Assembly (NCBI GenBank): GCA_964016885.1
Contig: OZ024741.1
Span: forward strand, 414,718,001-414,782,000
Direction: 5' to 3'
DNA: 64,000 nucleotides
DNA from: Eledone cirrhosa
Lineage: Eukaryota
The notes beneath the pieces are model-generated. The model searched no databases, was not told the origin of the DNA, and worked only from the letters and a program-made list of their open reading frames with translations. Positions 62,901 through 64,000 of this stretch are shown in pieces. How positions within the stretch are numbered: position 1 is the stretch's first letter; every line of letters starts with the position of its first letter. Position numbers and translations under genes: made by a program.

Positions 62901-63295
62901 GAGTATAAGACACCAGGAGACCTACATCACACGTACTTTGGTCTTACACTCTACCGAGTATAAGACACCAGGAGACCTACATCACACATACATAGGTCTG
63001 ACACTCTACCGAGTATAAGACACCAGGAGACCTACATCACACATACATAGGTTTAACACTCTACCGAGTATAAGACACCAGGAGACCTACATCACACATA
63101 CATAGGTTTAACACTCTACTGAGTATAAGACACCAGGAGACCTACATCACACATACTTTGGTCTGACACTCTACCGAGTATAAGACACCAGGAGACCTGC
63201 ATCACACATACTTTGGTCTGACACTCTACCGGGTATAAGACACCAGGAGACCTACATCACACATACTTTGGTCTGACACTCTAGCGAGTATAAGA
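56980..63295. repeat. Higher-order repeat, 40-42 monomers (2200/2310 bp), about 3 copies
   Basis: ATCACCCGTA at 57591, 59791, 62101. CATAGCTCTGACACTCTACGG at 58151, 60351, 62661. TTGGCCTT clusters, GAGTTGAAGACAGC and GGTTTGAAAC recur with the same 2200 then 2310 spacing. Confidence 0.92.
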
Positions 63296-64000
63296 CACCA
63301 GGAGACCTACATCACACGTACTTTGGTCTGACACTCTACCGAGTATAAGACACCAGGAGACCTACATCACACGTACTTTGGTCTCACACTCTACCGAGTA
63401 TAAGACACCAGGAGACCTACAGCACACATACTTTGGTATGACACTCTACCGAGTATAAGACACCAGGAGACCTACATCACACGTACATTGGTCTGACACT
63501 CTACCGAGTATAAGACACCAGGAGACCTACAGCACACATACTTTGGTATGACACTCTACCGAGTATAAGACACCAGGAGACCTACATCACACATGCTTTG
63601 GTCTTACACTCTACCGAGTATAAGACACCTGGAGACCTACATCACACATACATAGGTTTAACACTCTACCGAGTATAAGACACCAGGAGACCTACATCAC
63701 ACATACTTTGGTCTTACACTCTACAGACTATAAGACACCAGGAGACTTACATCACACATACTTTGGTCTTACACGCTACAGAGTATAAGACACCAGGAGA
63801 GCTACATCACACGTATTTTGGTCTGACACTCTACCGAGTAAAAGACACCAGGAGACCTACATCACACGTACTTTGGTCTGACACTCTACCGAGTATAAGA
63901 CACCAGGAGACCTACATCACACATACTTTGGTCTGACACTCTACCGAGTATAAGACACCAGGAGACCTACATCACACATACTTTGGTCTTACACTCTACC

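Larger units (their letters stand above)
1..64000. repeat. 55-bp tandem satellite array, about 1164 monomers, single orientation, extends beyond both window ends
   Basis: The monomer ACCAGGAGAC-CTACATCACA-CATACTTTGG-TCTGACACTC-TACCGAGTAT-AAGAC starts at 1, 56, 111 ... 661 (12x55) and last at 63957. Copies usually differ from consensus by 0-5 substitutions. No non-repeat sequence or reverse-oriented copy seen. Confidence 0.99.

Noticed and set aside
1-64000. Repetitive protein-coding gene (mucin- or adhesin-like)
   Set aside because: 55 is not a multiple of 3, so any frame cycles through all three registers every 165 bp. The plus strand has a nearly invariant TAA (and often TGA) and the minus strand has TAG/TGA, so ORFs cannot exceed about 55 codons.
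1-64000. CRISPR array (26-bp palindromic part plus 29-bp intervening part)
   Set aside because: The would-be spacers are all the same sequence, and variation is spread over both parts. No leader or cas genes in the window.
1-64000. Telomeric repeat, tRNA/5S/snRNA tandem gene array or plasmid iterons
   Set aside because: No G-rich telomere motif, no pol III A/B boxes or cloverleaf, and the unit is too short for these RNA genes. No rep gene, and the copy number is far beyond iteron arrays.
1-64000. Sequencing/amplification concatemer or synthetic construct (BsaI site in each unit)
   Set aside because: Variants are hierarchically shared among duplicated blocks rather than random, which fits evolutionary history. 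Local mis-assembly of individual duplications cannot be excluded without reads.

Overview
The whole 64-kb window is one uninterrupted, head-to-tail tandem array (satellite DNA) of a 55-bp monomer, consensus ACCAGGAGACCTACATCACAC(A/G)TACTTTGGTCT(G/T/C)ACACTCTACCGAGTATAAGAC (about 45% GC). The array runs off both window edges. I count 1163 complete monomers plus a 44-bp partial one: the last start is at 63957, and the indels I found (+19/-28 bp) account exactly for the -9 bp register shift. I found no genes, RNA genes, transposon insertions, inversions or unique sequence. What information there is lies in the monomer variants. (i) A mosaic of local higher-order repeats/segmental duplications of about 20, 26-28, 39-40, 40-42, 42, 61-66 and 94-104 monomers. 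(ii) A distinct, indel-free 3' domain with private variants. (iii) Haplotypes shared over about 43 kb. (iv) CpG-decay-type variants. (v) Two overlapping imperfect inverted repeats in every monomer, which several common variants extend and which fold better on the minus strand. I cannot identify the organism or satellite family from sequence alone. A eukaryotic (peri)centromeric or subtelomeric satellite is the most plausible reading, and I see no direct evidence of a novel gene-based system.
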